Source: Vulcanimicrobiota bacterium
GTDB taxonomy: Bacteria > Vulcanimicrobiota > Vulcanimicrobiia > Eremiobacterales > Eremiobacteraceae
Direction: 5' to 3'
Assembly (NCBI GenBank): GCA_963812135.1
Contig: CAWETU010000005.1
Span: 224,001-288,000 of the forward strand
Length of the DNA: 64,000 bases
The notes under the pieces are model-generated. The model saw nothing but the letters and a program-made list of their open reading frames with translations. It had not been told where the DNA came from and did not search any database. Shown piece by piece: positions 35,788 through 46,747 of the stretch. The position numbers were made by a program, and so were the translations under genes. How positions within the stretch are numbered: the stretch's first letter is position 1; each line of letters opens with the position of its first letter.

Positions 35788-36605
35788 CTCGACACGCGCG
35801 CCTGAAGCCAGCGCGAGACACCGAGCACCACGAACGAGACGACCAGCAGAATCAGCGCGATCGCGACGGCGGTATCGAGATCGCCTTGACCTTCGATATA
35901 CACCGCGATCGGCATCGTCTGCGTTACACCGGGCAGATTGCCCGCAAACGTGATCGTCGCGCCGAATTCGCCGAGCGCGCGTGCCCACGCCAACGCAAGC
36001 GCCGCTCCCAATGCCGGCAGCGCCGGCGGAATGATGACGCGAAGTGCCGTGTACGTGAACGAAGCGCGCAACGTGGCAGCGGCATCGATGAGCTGCGGAT
36101 CGGTCCGCTCGAACGCGTTCTTCGCCGCGACGACGAACAACGGCGCGGCCACGAGCGTCTGCGCCATCACGACGGCGAGCAACGTGAAGGGGATGTGGAT
36201 GCCGGCGACCCCCAACGCGTGGCCCAGCAAGCCTCGTCGACCAAAGGCGAGTAGCAGCGCAAGACCTGCCACGACCGGTGGCAAGACCACCGGCAGCGTG
36301 ACGAACGCCTCGAGCCATTCGCGACCGGGAAAGCGGCGCGTGAGCAGCAGCGCGAGCGGCGTGCCCATGATGACGATCGCGATGGCGCTCGCGAACGTGC
36401 TTTCCATCGAGACGACGAGCGCTTCCCGCACGAGTTCCCGATGCGGCTGATCGAGCTGCCAGATCGCAGCCGGATTGTGGACGACGAGCGCAAAGAGCGC
36501 GACCGCGATGAGCGCCAGCAGCAACGCGCCGAACGCGGCTGAGAGCGCGCTGATGGAACTGTCTCGCAGGACGCTGCGCGAGCGGTTACTTGCTGCCGAA
36601 GCCAT
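35784..36605 (-). CDS. modB: Molybdate ABC transporter permease
   Basis: LPVVLPPVVAGLALL and WARALGEFGAT. Confidence 0.95.
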   Translation of the reverse strand: MASAASNRSRSVLRDSSISALSAAFGALLLALIAVALFALVVHNPAAIWQLDQPHRELVREALVVSMESTFASAIAIVIMGTPLALLLTRRFPGREWLEAFVTLPVVLPPVVAGLALLLAFGRRGLLGHALGVAGIHIPFTLLAVVMAQTLVAAPLFVVAAKNAFERTDPQLIDAAATLRASFTYTALRVIIPPALPALGAALALAWARALGEFGATITFAGNLPGVTQTMPIAVYIEGQGDLDTAVAIALILLVVSFVVLGVSRWLQARVSR

Positions 36606-37365
36606 GTGCGTGAAGCACGTTCTGCCCCTCGGGCGACAAAACGAACTCCACGAAGCTCTGGGCGAGCGCTGCGTTCGTGCTGCCCTTCACAGCCGCGATC
36701 GGATAGGTGGCGATCTCCTGATCCTCATCGGGAACCGGCACGCTGACGAGTTTCACGCCGCCCTTGAGGATGGCGTCGGTCGCGTAGACGAAACCCGCAT
36801 CGGCATCCCCGACCACGACTTTTTGCACGACCCCCTCGACGTTCTGCTCTTGCGTCGCGACGTTGTGGAGCACTTGATCGCCGTAGTTTTGCCAGAACTT
36901 CGGATCGGCGCTCATCTTCTGGAGGGCGATTCGCGTGTAGCGGCCGCACGGCACGGCTTCGGCGCAGATCGCGAGCTTGAGGCCCTCGCGCGTCAGGTCG
37001 CGCAGCGAGCGCAGGTTTTCATCGAACTGCGACACCATCACCAGGCTATTGCGTGCGAAATCAGCCGGTGTGTCCACGAGACTCGCCGTGCGCGCTTTAT
37101 CCATCGAGCGCTCGTCCGCGCTGGCGAAGACATCCGCCGGAGCGCCATTGGCGATCTGCGTCTCAAGTATCTGGCTGCCGTCGAAATTCAGTTTGACGCT
37201 CACGCCGGGATGCGCCGCTTCGAAGGCTGCACCCATATCGGCGAACGCGTTGTGCAGCGAGGCGGCTGCGAACACGGTCAGCGTTTGCGGCGTTGCCGGC
37301 CGTGCCGGGACAGCGGCCGACATCAGCGTCGCAGCAATCGCCGTGACGGCGAGCAGTCTGATCAT
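36586..37365 (-). CDS. modA: Molybdate-binding periplasmic protein
   Basis: Signal peptide, VFAAASL, GAPADVFASA, VPCGRY and GFVYATDA. Confidence 0.95.
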   Translation of the reverse strand: MIRLLAVTAIAATLMSAAVPARPATPQTLTVFAAASLHNAFADMGAAFEAAHPGVSVKLNFDGSQILETQIANGAPADVFASADERSMDKARTASLVDTPADFARNSLVMVSQFDENLRSLRDLTREGLKLAICAEAVPCGRYTRIALQKMSADPKFWQNYGDQVLHNVATQEQNVEGVVQKVVVGDADAGFVYATDAILKGGVKLVSVPVPDEDQEIATYPIAAVKGSTNAALAQSFVEFVLSPEGQNVLHAHGFGSK

Positions 37366-37417
37366 CGGGCTTGGTTCGCCCGAGGCGCCCTCTCGGCGTT
37401 GTGCACCGTGCACAATA

Positions 37418-37440
37418 GGTCGAATAAATTCGACCGCTAC
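37418..37440 (-). repeat. REP-like palindrome (GTAG type), copy 1
   Basis: Minus strand reads GTAGCGGTCGAATTTATTCGACC. Confidence 0.75.
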
Positions 37441-37444
37441 TTTG

Positions 37445-38968
37445 CTAGCGCGGGTTGTAGCGGACTTCGACCGTGCGCAGCTCTTCCTCGATGTCGGGCG
37501 TCTGCGGCGTGACCGGTTCGCAGCGATACATGCGCGCGATGATATCCGATGGGTTCTTCGTATCGTTGGGGTCGTGCTTTTGGATGGCGTAGACGACTGC
37601 GATCCCCTTGACGACGCGCCCGAATGTCGTGAAATACTCGTCGAGATGCAGCTGCGGCGACTCCGTGATGTAATACTGGCTGCCGCCGGAATCGAAGATA
37701 GGCGATGAACCTTTGTAATCCAGGCCCAATGAGAGCATGCCGGTGAGCTGCTCGATCGGATTGACCTCGTCAGGCACGTTGAAACCCGGGCCGCCGCTCC
37801 CGGTGGTCTTGCCCGCATCTGGGTTGCCGCCTTGAATCACGAAGTTCGGGATGACGCGGTCGAGCAGCGAGTTGTTGTAAAAGCCGCTGTCGACCAGACG
37901 CACGAACGCGTCGACGTGATACGGCGCCGCATCCGGGAACAGCTCGACCACGATCACGCCCTTGTTCGCGACGATCGCCACTTGCGGATGGTCGCCGATC
38001 GGTGCGTTCGACGGCAGTGCCTTCGGTTCAACCTGATCTTCTTTGGGCACCGCCGGTGGTCGCGTGTCGACCGGCGTCAGGTCGCCCATCGTAGTGAGCA
38101 CGTTGCTCACCTCGACGCGCACGCGCCACGACGGATCCTTGGCGAGCAGCCGCACTGCGGTGACGAACGTCTTGTCTTTCAGCCGGCCGATCGCTTTGAC
38201 GCCATACATGCGCACCAGCTCTTGCTGATCGGCGAGCATGGTGCGCAGCAATCCCGGATTGGTGTCGAAGTAGCTGCGATAGATCGCCCAGGCCATGCGC
38301 CAGCGGGTCTCAGGGTCGCGTTCGACGGTGAACGCGTTGTCGAGCAGCTTGCCGGTGGTGGCTTTGAGCGGTTGCGAGATCTGCGGCTTGGATGCGAAGC
38401 CGGATTCACCAAGACCGATCGCAGCCTTGCCGCGCACGAACGCGTCGCGGTTCGAGAGCAACGATGACAACGTCTCCACGGCGGCCGAGCCGCCGATGCG
38501 TCCAAGCGAATCGGCAGCCGAGCCCGCGACTGCAGGCGGCGCGTGCAACGCGGCCGAGCGCAACGCCGGTAGCGCATCTGCCGACGCGATCACGCCAAGC
38601 GCGAATGCCGCAGCGGCGCGAACATCGTCAGAATAGGGCGGCGATAAAAGCGGAGTAAGAATCGCGACGCCTGCCGGCTTGCGCAACCGGCCAATGGCGA
38701 TCGCCGCGCGTGCGACCACGGCCGGGTCGCTCGATTTGAGGAATGGTTCGAGCTGGCTTGGTGTCGTCGTCCGGTTGCGCTCGAGCTTGCCGATCTGACC
38801 AAAGGGTGAGGTGTCGGGCAGGCTCGGCGTCGGTGCGGCCATGCCGCGGGTCGGCACGGGATGCGGCGATCCGCTCGGCGATGGCGCTGGCGATGGCGAT
38901 GGCGAGGCTGCGATCAGCGCGGCCACCGCGAGCGCCGCGGTTGCCAAAAACGAAAAACCCCTGCTCAT
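37445..38968 (-). CDS. HEAT-repeat + cyclophilin-type peptidyl-prolyl isomerase (exported)
   Basis: Signal peptide, Pro/Ser linker, HEAT repeats, RVIPNFVIQGG, GSQYYI and HLD..FTTFGRV. Confidence 0.92.
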   Translation of the reverse strand: MSRGFSFLATAALAVAALIAASPSPSPAPSPSGSPHPVPTRGMAAPTPSLPDTSPFGQIGKLERNRTTTPSQLEPFLKSSDPAVVARAAIAIGRLRKPAGVAILTPLLSPPYSDDVRAAAAFALGVIASADALPALRSAALHAPPAVAGSAADSLGRIGGSAAVETLSSLLSNRDAFVRGKAAIGLGESGFASKPQISQPLKATTGKLLDNAFTVERDPETRWRMAWAIYRSYFDTNPGLLRTMLADQQELVRMYGVKAIGRLKDKTFVTAVRLLAKDPSWRVRVEVSNVLTTMGDLTPVDTRPPAVPKEDQVEPKALPSNAPIGDHPQVAIVANKGVIVVELFPDAAPYHVDAFVRLVDSGFYNNSLLDRVIPNFVIQGGNPDAGKTTGSGGPGFNVPDEVNPIEQLTGMLSLGLDYKGSSPIFDSGGSQYYITESPQLHLDEYFTTFGRVVKGIAVVYAIQKHDPNDTKNPSDIIARMYRCEPVTPQTPDIEEELRTVEVRYNPR

Positions 38969-38982
38969 AGAGCGGGGGGTTT
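38946..38982 (-). terminator. Putative intrinsic terminator after rpoD
   Basis: AAACCCCCCGCTC-TAT-GAGCAGGGGTTT hairpin followed by TTCGTTTTT. Confidence 0.55.
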
Positions 38983-39032
38983 GCCGTGTCGGCGAGGCGG
39001 GCCTTTCCGCCGCTGTTTGGCGCACTGGCCGG

Positions 39033-40301
39033 TCACTCGGTCTGCCAGTAGTCCTTGAGCGCCTTACCGCGGCTCGGGTGGCGCAGCTTGCGCAGCGCTT
39101 TCGCCTCGATCTGGCGGATGCGCTCGCGTGTCACGCCGAACTCCTGGCCCACTTCCTCGAGCGTGCGCTGGTGACCGTCTTCGAGCCCGAAACGCAGCAC
39201 GAGGACCTTGCGCTCGCGCTCGGTCAGGTTCTGCAGCACGTCGCCCATCTTTTGTTTGAGCATCGTCACCGAGGCGGCTTCCGCGGGCGCCACCGCGTCC
39301 GGGTCCTCGATGAAGTCGCCCAAGTGGCTGTCTTCCTCTTCGCCGATCGGCGTTTCGAGCGAGATCGGTTCTTGCGCGATCTTCATGACCTCGCGCACCT
39401 TGTCGGGCGTCAGCTCCATCTCTTTAGCGATCTCTTCGACCGACGGATCGCGCCCGAGCTGCTGCAGCAGCTGGCGTGAGATCTTCACCAAACGGTTGAT
39501 GGTCTCGACCATGTGCACGGGGATGCGGATGGTGCGCGCTTGATCCGCGAGCGCGCGCGTGATCGCTTGCCGGATCCACCATGTCGCGTAGGTCGAGAAT
39601 TTGTAGCCTTTTTTGTAGTCGAATTTCTCGACGGCGCGGATCAGGCCGAGATTACCTTCTTGGATCAGGTCCAAGAACAGCATGCCGCGACCGACATATT
39701 TCTTCGCGATGCTCACCACGAGCCGCAGATTGGCTTCGGTCAGATCGCGTTTCGCGAGATCGCCTTCGTCGGTGATTTGCTGCACCGGCGGCTGGCCCGA
39801 GACGCGCGCGCGTTCGCGCTCCTCTTCACCGCGCTCGATCTTCTTGGCGAGATCCTGTTCTTGCGCCATCCCAAGCAACGGCACGCGGCCGATCTCTTTG
39901 AGGTACATGCGCACGGGGTCGTCGAGCGCGATGCCGGGCGGCACGGGGATCTCTGCTTCGACTTCCGGCTCGGGGGCGGCCGCGGCTTCGGCCGGTTCGG
40001 CGTCTTCTTCGATCGCGACCAGATCGGGCATCTCGGTGATCTCGATGCCCTGGCCCATGATCTCTTCGACTAGCTCGTTGCCTTTTTCGGGATCGTCCTC
40101 GTCGTAGGCCGACGAGATGGCGGCGATCTCTTCATAGGTCAGGAAGCCCTGCGTCTTGCCGCGCGCGATGAGCGCCTTGACGGCGGTCTCGCGGGGGACG
40201 AGCGGCGGGGCGACTTGACCGTTCGCGGGCGCGCCGGCGGGCGCGTCCGTCGTCGCGACGGGCGCCTCGGGGTTCGTTTTCGGTTTCTTTGCGGAACTCA
40301 C
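39033..40301 (-). CDS. rpoD: RNA polymerase primary sigma factor
   Basis: [38 protein letters not shown] and TRERIRQIE. Lacks the long non-conserved insert. Confidence 0.99.
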   Translation of the reverse strand: MSSAKKPKTNPEAPVATTDAPAGAPANGQVAPPLVPRETAVKALIARGKTQGFLTYEEIAAISSAYDEDDPEKGNELVEEIMGQGIEITEMPDLVAIEEDAEPAEAAAAPEPEVEAEIPVPPGIALDDPVRMYLKEIGRVPLLGMAQEQDLAKKIERGEEERERARVSGQPPVQQITDEGDLAKRDLTEANLRLVVSIAKKYVGRGMLFLDLIQEGNLGLIRAVEKFDYKKGYKFSTYATWWIRQAITRALADQARTIRIPVHMVETINRLVKISRQLLQQLGRDPSVEEIAKEMELTPDKVREVMKIAQEPISLETPIGEEEDSHLGDFIEDPDAVAPAEAASVTMLKQKMGDVLQNLTERERKVLVLRFGLEDGHQRTLEEVGQEFGVTRERIRQIEAKALRKLRHPSRGKALKDYWQTE

Positions 40302-40311
40302 GCTTGAGAGA

Positions 40312-42085
40312 CTAGTCCTCGTTTCTTTGCTGTTCGGCAGCCGGTCCATACAACGACGCCCGCAGCGCGTTGGATTCGTCGCGCAGGCGTTCCGGAATCG
40401 CACCGTCGGATGTGAAGAGCCTGTTGATTTCTTCGTCGATAAACGAAAGCCTCCGCTCTTCGCGGCGGCGCTCAAAGCGCGCTGCGATAAGCGCTAGCCT
40501 GCGTTCGTCGTCTTCGTGCGGGAGCGGCGGCGAATCAAGGGCCATGCGCGTCAGCTGCGCCACCATCGCATCGTCCGCGAAGATCGTGAGCGGATTCACA
40601 CCGCGCTTGAGATCTTGCTCGTGCTGGGCCAGCCGCTCGAACACCGAACGCAGCTCCGGGTCTTCAAAGTCGTCCGCGCTGATGCGCTCGAGCGCCGCGG
40701 AAAGCAGCTCGGGTCGCGCTAGGATGAGCTGGAGCACGTCGCGCTCGGTCGACACAGGTTGCGTGATCGCGGGGGCGCGCCGGATCGGCGGGCCGTCTTG
40801 CGGGCGCGGGCGTTGTTGCGTCGGCGGCTGCGCCCGCGTCTGGCGCAAGGCATTTTCGCTGACGTCGAGACGGCGCGCCATCGCTTTGACGTATTGATCC
40901 CGCTCGATCGGGTCGCGCACTTGGTTGATGACGGTCATGGCTTCGCGCGCGATATCGCTCTTGGTCGCGAATTTCGACGCGATGCGCTTGTACGCCAGGT
41001 CGATCTTGAAGTCCACCCAGCGCTGTGCGCTCGCGAGCAGCAGTCCGAATGCTTCGGCTCCTTGTTCTAGGATGAGCTCGTCCGGATCGACGCCGCCCGG
41101 CAAGGCGACGATGCTCACCGCAAGCCCCTCTTCGACCAACATGTCGATGCTGCGCGCCGTGGCGGCCTGGCCGGCGGCGTCGCCGTCGAAGCAGAGGTAG
41201 AGTTTGTTGGCGACTCGCCGTAGCTCGCGCGCTTGTTCTGGCGTGAATGCGGTGCCGAGGCTTGCGACTGCGTTCTTGAAGCCGGCTTGATGCAACGCGA
41301 TCGCGTCGAGGTAGCCTTCGACCACGACGAGCGTGTCGTCTGCGCCCGCCGCGCGGCGCGCCAAGTGCAACGCGTAAACGTGCGAGCCTTTGGTATACGC
41401 CGCGGTGTTGGGCGTGTTGAGGTACTTGGGCGTTTCGTCGCCGAGCGCGCGCCCGCCGAACGCCATGACCTCGCCGGTAAGATTGTAGATCGGCAGCATG
41501 AGCCGGTGCCGGAAGAAATCGTAGTAGCCGGTCTTTTGGCGCAGCAGTCCGGCGCGCTCTGCCAGCGGTACGTCGATGCCGGCGCGCTGCAGCGCCTTGG
41601 TCAGTCCCTTCCCACCCTTCGGGTGCGTAGCCGAGGCCGAACAGCGCGGCGGTCTCGTCAGTGATCCCGCGTTTATGAACGTAGTCGAGCGCCTTGCGAT
41701 CGTGGCGCAAGGAGTCGGCGAAGAAACGCTGCGCGGCGGCGTTTGCTTCATAGATCGCCTCGCGCTCGCTGCGGCGCCGCTGCGCGCCTGGCGTCTCCTG
41801 GAGCACGACGCCCGCGCGCGCCGCGAGCATGCGCAGTGCAGTCGGAAAGTCGACATTCTCGTAGCGCTCGACGAACTTGATGAGATCGCCGCCTGCGTCG
41901 CAGCCGTGGCAGTGCCAGACCTGCTTCTCCGCGTTCAGATAGAACGACGGCGTCTTCTCGGCGTGGAACGGACACAGTCCGACGTACTCGCGACCCTGAC
42001 GTTTGAGCGTGACGTACTGACTGACATACGCAAGCAGGTCCGACTTTGCTTGGACTTCAGCCACAACTCCGGCATCAAATGGCAT
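40312..42085 (-). CDS. dnaG: DNA primase (one +1 frameshift near 41607, probable sequencing error)
   Basis: Zinc finger [11 protein letters not shown] lies in one frame and FGGR, KYLN, VVEGYLD, FDGD in another. They join by removing one G. Confidence 0.95.
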
Positions 42086-42140
42086 CGGGCAGCTGTTCTT
42101 GTTTTACAGGCCGCGCCCCGTTTCGCCGCTCGGGAACCTC

Positions 42141-42362
42141 TTAGCCGCCGCCAAGGAACCCGCAGTCAGTCGGTGCGGTGTCGTACGCCAATACCAGGTG
42201 GCCGCAGACCCAGACCTGTACGAGCAGGTGGCAGGTTCCCCATTGGTCGTGCTCAACCGTCTCCGTAACGTTCGCGTTCATGATGTTACACGACGCGAAA
42301 GCGACCCCGGTGCTGAGGAGGAACGCCGCCGGCAGGGCGACGACGAGTTTCTTAAGATCCAT
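42141..42362 (-). CDS. Small secreted 4-Cys protein
   Basis: 73 aa with a GAGGAG RBS and a signal peptide ending AFA. Confidence 0.75.
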   Translation of the reverse strand: MDLKKLVVALPAAFLLSTGVAFASCNIMNANVTETVEHDQWGTCHLLVQVWVCGHLVLAYDTAPTDCGFLGGG

Positions 42363-42482
42363 GATCTTTCTCCTCTGACGAAATAGTGCGGCGCGCGGGC
42401 CGACCAAACCAGCATACGATGTGCTGTCGCCAGTAAGGGTACTCGTTATCGAAACGCGTGCGGCTCGAGATGGTCGGGCCGT

Positions 42483-43562
42483 CTACACGTCCCATTCTTT
42501 CGGTGCCTGGTTCTCAGAGCCTGGGAACAACTCGACGAACTGTTTGATCGCGAAGCGATCGGTGAAGCCGGCGACGTAGTCGCATACGCGGCGCGCGAGC
42601 GAGTCCGCCACGAGCGGCGCTTCGTGATACATAGCGGGCAGTTGTTCTTGATGGCTCATGTAATGACGGAACAGCCGTTTCACGACGTTTTGAGCTTTGG
42701 GCTCTTCGCGCTTGGCTGCGTCATTGAAGTAGACTGTGGCGAACATGAACTCCTTTATCGTCTCGACCGCTTCGAGCACCGGCTCGGAGAGCTTGATCTC
42801 GTTCTTGCCGCGGCACTGATAGACCATGTCTTCGACGACCGTGCCGATGCGGATCGGGCCACGATGTCCCAGCACCGAGATGGCTTTGGCGGGCAGATCC
42901 CGCTCGCTGATGATGCCCGCGCGGATGGCGTCATCGATGTCGTGATTGATGTACGCAAGCCGATCCGCATACCGCACGATCTGGCCTTCCAGCGTGAACG
43001 GGATGTCGGTGTATCCCGCCAGCGCGCCTTTGTGCTTGCTGTGCTTGGCGATGCCGTCGCGCACCTCGTCGGTGAGGTTCAACCCGACCTTGTCGCCGCG
43101 CCGCTCGAGCACTTCGACCACACGCAAGCTTTGCTGCGAGTGGATGAACCGCGCGCCAGGTTCGAATTCGGCCCACACCTGGGTGAGCGCAGCCTCACCC
43201 GTGTGGCCGAACGGCGAGTGCCCCAGATCGTGCCCGAGCGCGATGGCTTCGGCGAGATCCTCGTTGAGGTTGAGGCCGCGCGCGATCGAGCGTGAGATCT
43301 GCATGACCTCGAGCGTATGCGTCATGCGCGTGCGGTAGTGGTCGCCGAGCGGTGATAAGAAGACCTGCGTCTTGTGCATCAGCCGCCGGAACGCTTTGGA
43401 ATGGATGATGCGGTCGCGGTCGCGCTGGAAGCACGTGCGCAGCAAGTCGTCGGGTTCGGGCACCAGCCGGCCGCGCGAGTTCTTCGCGAGCGCGGCATGC
43501 GGCGAAAGCATCGCGGCCTCGCGGGCCTCGAGCTCTTCGCGGATCGAGAGTGTTTGGCTCAT
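42483..43562 (-). CDS. dgt: dNTP triphosphohydrolase (dGTPase-like)
   Basis: FQRDRDRIIHSKAFRRL.HKTQVF, HDLGHSPFGH and AYINHDIDD. Confidence 0.95.
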   Translation of the reverse strand: MSQTLSIREELEAREAAMLSPHAALAKNSRGRLVPEPDDLLRTCFQRDRDRIIHSKAFRRLMHKTQVFLSPLGDHYRTRMTHTLEVMQISRSIARGLNLNEDLAEAIALGHDLGHSPFGHTGEAALTQVWAEFEPGARFIHSQQSLRVVEVLERRGDKVGLNLTDEVRDGIAKHSKHKGALAGYTDIPFTLEGQIVRYADRLAYINHDIDDAIRAGIISERDLPAKAISVLGHRGPIRIGTVVEDMVYQCRGKNEIKLSEPVLEAVETIKEFMFATVYFNDAAKREEPKAQNVVKRLFRHYMSHQEQLPAMYHEAPLVADSLARRVCDYVAGFTDRFAIKQFVELFPGSENQAPKEWDV

Positions 43563-43598
43563 GCCCTATCAATCACGCCGGAGGCGGCGGGCGACCAG

Positions 43599-46526
43599 TT
43601 AATCCTGATCGACCTTCTTCGAACCGGCCGCGGCTTCCGCCGCACGCTCTTTGAGGACCGATTGCGCTGCCGCCAGCCGGGCTACCGGCACGCGGAAAGG
43701 CGAGCACGAGACGTAGTCCAGGCCGAGCTTGTGGCAGAACTCCACCGAGGTGGGGTCGCCGCCGTGCTCGCCGCAGATGCCGATCTTTATCTCCGGCCGC
43801 GTGGTGCGGCCGCGTTCCATGGCCATGCGCATGAACTCGCCGACGCCGTCCTGGTCGATGACCTGGAACGGATCCTCGCGCAGGATCTTCTTCTCGAGAT
43901 AGACCGGGATGAACGAGCCTTCGGCATCGTCGCGCGAGTAGCCGAACACCAGCTGCGTGAGGTCGTTGGTGCCGAACGAGAAGAACTCGGCGTGCTCGGC
44001 GATGCGATGCGCCACCATGCACGCGCGGGGCATCTCGATCATCGTGCCCACCTGATAGTTCACGCGCGAGCCGGCCGCTTTGATGATGCGTTCGGCTTCT
44101 GCCGTGACGAGATCGCGTAAGGCCTTCATCTCCGTGACCGTGCCGACGCCGGGGATCATGATGAGCGGGCGCACGTCGACGCGTTCCTTTTTCAGTTCGG
44201 TGGCGGCTTCCATGATCGCGCGGACCTGCATCTGATAGATCTCAGGAAAGACGATGCCGAGGCGGCAGACGCGTAGGCCCAGCATCGGGTTCTCTTCGTG
44301 CAGCACGCGCACGCGCCGCAGCAGCCGTTCCTTGTTCGAGAGGTCGGCCGGGTCGGCTTTGGGATTGAGACGCAGCTCCGTCACTTCGACGAGCAGATCT
44401 TCAAGGCTCGGCAAGAACTCGTGCAGCGGCGGATCGAGCAGCCGGATGGTGACCGGCAGGCCTTTCATCGCCCGCAGGATACCGCGGAAGTCTTCGCGCT
44501 GCATGGGCAGCAGCTGCTCCAAGCATTTGCGACGCGAGTCCGGCGTTTCGGCCATGATCATCTCTTGGACGACCGGCAAACGCTCTTGTTCCATGAACAT
44601 GTGCTCGGTGCGGCACAGACCGATGCCCTCAGCGCCGAAGTCGCGCGCTTTCTTCGCGTCTTCGGGCGTGTCGGCGTTCGCGTACACGCCCAGGCGGCGA
44701 TACTCGTCGGCCCACTTGAGGATATGCTCGAACTGCGGCGTCAGTTTTGCCGCGGCCATCTGCATCATGCCGCGATAGACGTTGCCGGTCGTGCCGTCAA
44801 TCGTCAGCTCATCGCCTTCCTTGACGACTTCGCCTTTGACCGTGAACTGGCGCGCGCGCAAGTCGATGAGCATGCTCTCGGCGCCGACCACCGCCGGCTT
44901 GCCCATGCCGCGCGCGACGACTGCCGCGTGCGACGTGGCCCCGCCCTGCGACGTCAGGATGCCTTCGGATGCGATCATGCCGTGCACGTCGTCGGGCGTC
45001 GTCATCGGCCGCACCAGGATCGTCTTCTTGTTCTGACGCTTCATCTCGACCGCGTCGTCGGGATCGAAGACGACGGTGCCGGCCGCCGCGCCCGGGGCTG
45101 CGTTGAGGCCCTTGACGAGGATCGGCGACTTATGCTTCTCGTCGATTTGCACGTGGAGCAGCGCGGCGATCGCCGCGGGCTCGATGCGCATGAGCGCCTC
45201 TTCGCGGCTGATGTGACGCTCTTTGACCATGTCCGCAGCGACTTGCACTGCCGCAGCGGCGCTGCGCTTGCCCGAACGCGTCTGCAAGATGTACAGTTTG
45301 CCGCGCTCGATCGTGAACTCGATGTCCTGCATGTCGCGGTAGTGCTTCTCGAGCTTGTCCGCGACGTCGAGGAACTGCTTGTAGATCTTCGGCTGCTGTT
45401 TCTCGAGCTCGGAGATCTTCACCGGCGTGCGCGAGCCGGAGACGACGTCCTCGCCCTGCGCGTTTTGCAAGTACTCGCCGTAGAGCTTCTTCTGACCGGT
45501 CGACGGATCGCGGGTGAACGCCACACCGGTGCCCGAGTCGGTGCCCATGTTGCCGAACACCATGGTCACGACGTTGACCGCCGTGCCCCACCAGTCCGGA
45601 TAGTGCGAATGCTTGCGATAATCGATCGCGCGCTTGGAGTTCCACGAGTTGAAGACCGCTTCGACCGCCATGCGCAGCTGGATGAAGACGTCTTCCGGAA
45701 AATCTTTCTTGGTGTAGTGGCGCACGAGCGCCTTGTATTCGCTCGTCATGTTGCGGAAGGCGAGCGCGGTGAGATCTGACTCGGACGGCACGCGCGCCTT
45801 TGCGACGTAGCGCTTGAGCACTTCCTCGAACGGTTCTTTCTTCATGCCGAGCACGACGGTCGCGAACATCTGGACGAAGCGCCGGTACGCATCCCATGCG
45901 AACTTGTCGTTCTTGGTCAGCACGACGAGCGCGTTGCACGTGCGATTGTTCAGGCCGAGGTTGAGGACGGTGTCCATCATGCCCGGCATGGAGACGCGCG
46001 CGCCGGAGCGCACGGAGACGAGCAGCGGATTGACTTCGCCGCCGAATTCTTTGCCGGTCTTGCGCTCGAGCTCAGCGACGCGGCGGTGGATCTCTTCCTC
46101 AAGGCCGTTGGGGAACTGGCGGCCGAGTTCGAAGTAACGTCTGCAGACTTCGGTGGTGACGGTGAAGCCCGGTGGCACGGGCAATCCGATGCGCGTCATC
46201 TCGCCAAGGCCGGCACCCTTACCGCCGAGGAGGTCGCGCATGTCGGCGCCGCCCTCTTCGAACGAATAGGTCAGTTTGCCGAGGTGCAGCTTTGTGGGCG
46301 GCTCGGGTTTGCGCGAGGTCGCCTTGCGGGGCGGCGGCAGCGGTATGCGACGGACCGGATCGTCAGGCCCTATCTCGGCGAGGACGAGCCCCGCGAGACC
46401 GTCCGGCTTGGTCTTGCCTTTGACCTTGCCGTTGGTCTTGGCGGGCTTGACCCCGGCTTTGCCGTGCGCAGGAGGCTTGAGCGCCTTTTTGGCGGGCTTG
46501 GCGTGCTTGTTCTTGGTCGACTTCAC
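43599..46526 (-). CDS. ppdK: Pyruvate, phosphate dikinase with Lys/Pro-rich N-terminal extension
   Basis: LLGGKGAGL, LLVSVRSGA, GGATSHAAVVARG, FSFGTNDLTQ and GICGEHGG. Confidence 0.98.
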   Translation of the reverse strand: MKSTKNKHAKPAKKALKPPAHGKAGVKPAKTNGKVKGKTKPDGLAGLVLAEIGPDDPVRRIPLPPPRKATSRKPEPPTKLHLGKLTYSFEEGGADMRDLLGGKGAGLGEMTRIGLPVPPGFTVTTEVCRRYFELGRQFPNGLEEEIHRRVAELERKTGKEFGGEVNPLLVSVRSGARVSMPGMMDTVLNLGLNNRTCNALVVLTKNDKFAWDAYRRFVQMFATVVLGMKKEPFEEVLKRYVAKARVPSESDLTALAFRNMTSEYKALVRHYTKKDFPEDVFIQLRMAVEAVFNSWNSKRAIDYRKHSHYPDWWGTAVNVVTMVFGNMGTDSGTGVAFTRDPSTGQKKLYGEYLQNAQGEDVVSGSRTPVKISELEKQQPKIYKQFLDVADKLEKHYRDMQDIEFTIERGKLYILQTRSGKRSAAAAVQVAADMVKERHISREEALMRIEPAAIAALLHVQIDEKHKSPILVKGLNAAPGAAAGTVVFDPDDAVEMKRQNKKTILVRPMTTPDDVHGMIASEGILTSQGGATSHAAVVARGMGKPAVVGAESMLIDLRARQFTVKGEVVKEGDELTIDGTTGNVYRGMMQMAAAKLTPQFEHILKWADEYRRLGVYANADTPEDAKKARDFGAEGIGLCRTEHMFMEQERLPVVQEMIMAETPDSRRKCLEQLLPMQREDFRGILRAMKGLPVTIRLLDPPLHEFLPSLEDLLVEVTELRLNPKADPADLSNKERLLRRVRVLHEENPMLGLRVCRLGIVFPEIYQMQVRAIMEAATELKKERVDVRPLIMIPGVGTVTEMKALRDLVTAEAERIIKAAGSRVNYQVGTMIEMPRACMVAHRIAEHAEFFSFGTNDLTQLVFGYSRDDAEGSFIPVYLEKKILREDPFQVIDQDGVGEFMRMAMERGRTTRPEIKIGICGEHGGDPTSVEFCHKLGLDYVSCSPFRVPVARLAAAQSVLKERAAEAAAGSKKVDQD

Positions 46527-46747
46527 AGACCGCGTTCTCCCAGCTCCGAGCGTTGTGGAATAGGCTCAGATGAACGAACGAGCCGGGTGAAAATGGACGA
46601 AAATGGCTCGCTTAGCTATTCTTTGACGCGGGACACTTCGAGTCCCGCCTAGGGCCGCGCGCGGCAAGCACATAATTGCGCTTCCGGCATGAAAGCGAGT
46701 GGATGATCTTGATCGTCTCACGGATATTTCGTGGCCGCGCAACGGTA

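Noticed and set aside
5374..37818. Long N-terminal extensions on SDR, apt, flhB, modC and modA in the ORF track
   Set aside because: They overlap neighbouring real genes. Family-typical starts lie downstream.
40312..42085. Split primase or programmed frameshift in dnaG
   Set aside because: There is no slippery heptamer or stimulatory element, and the same single-base insertion pattern recurs in three other genes.
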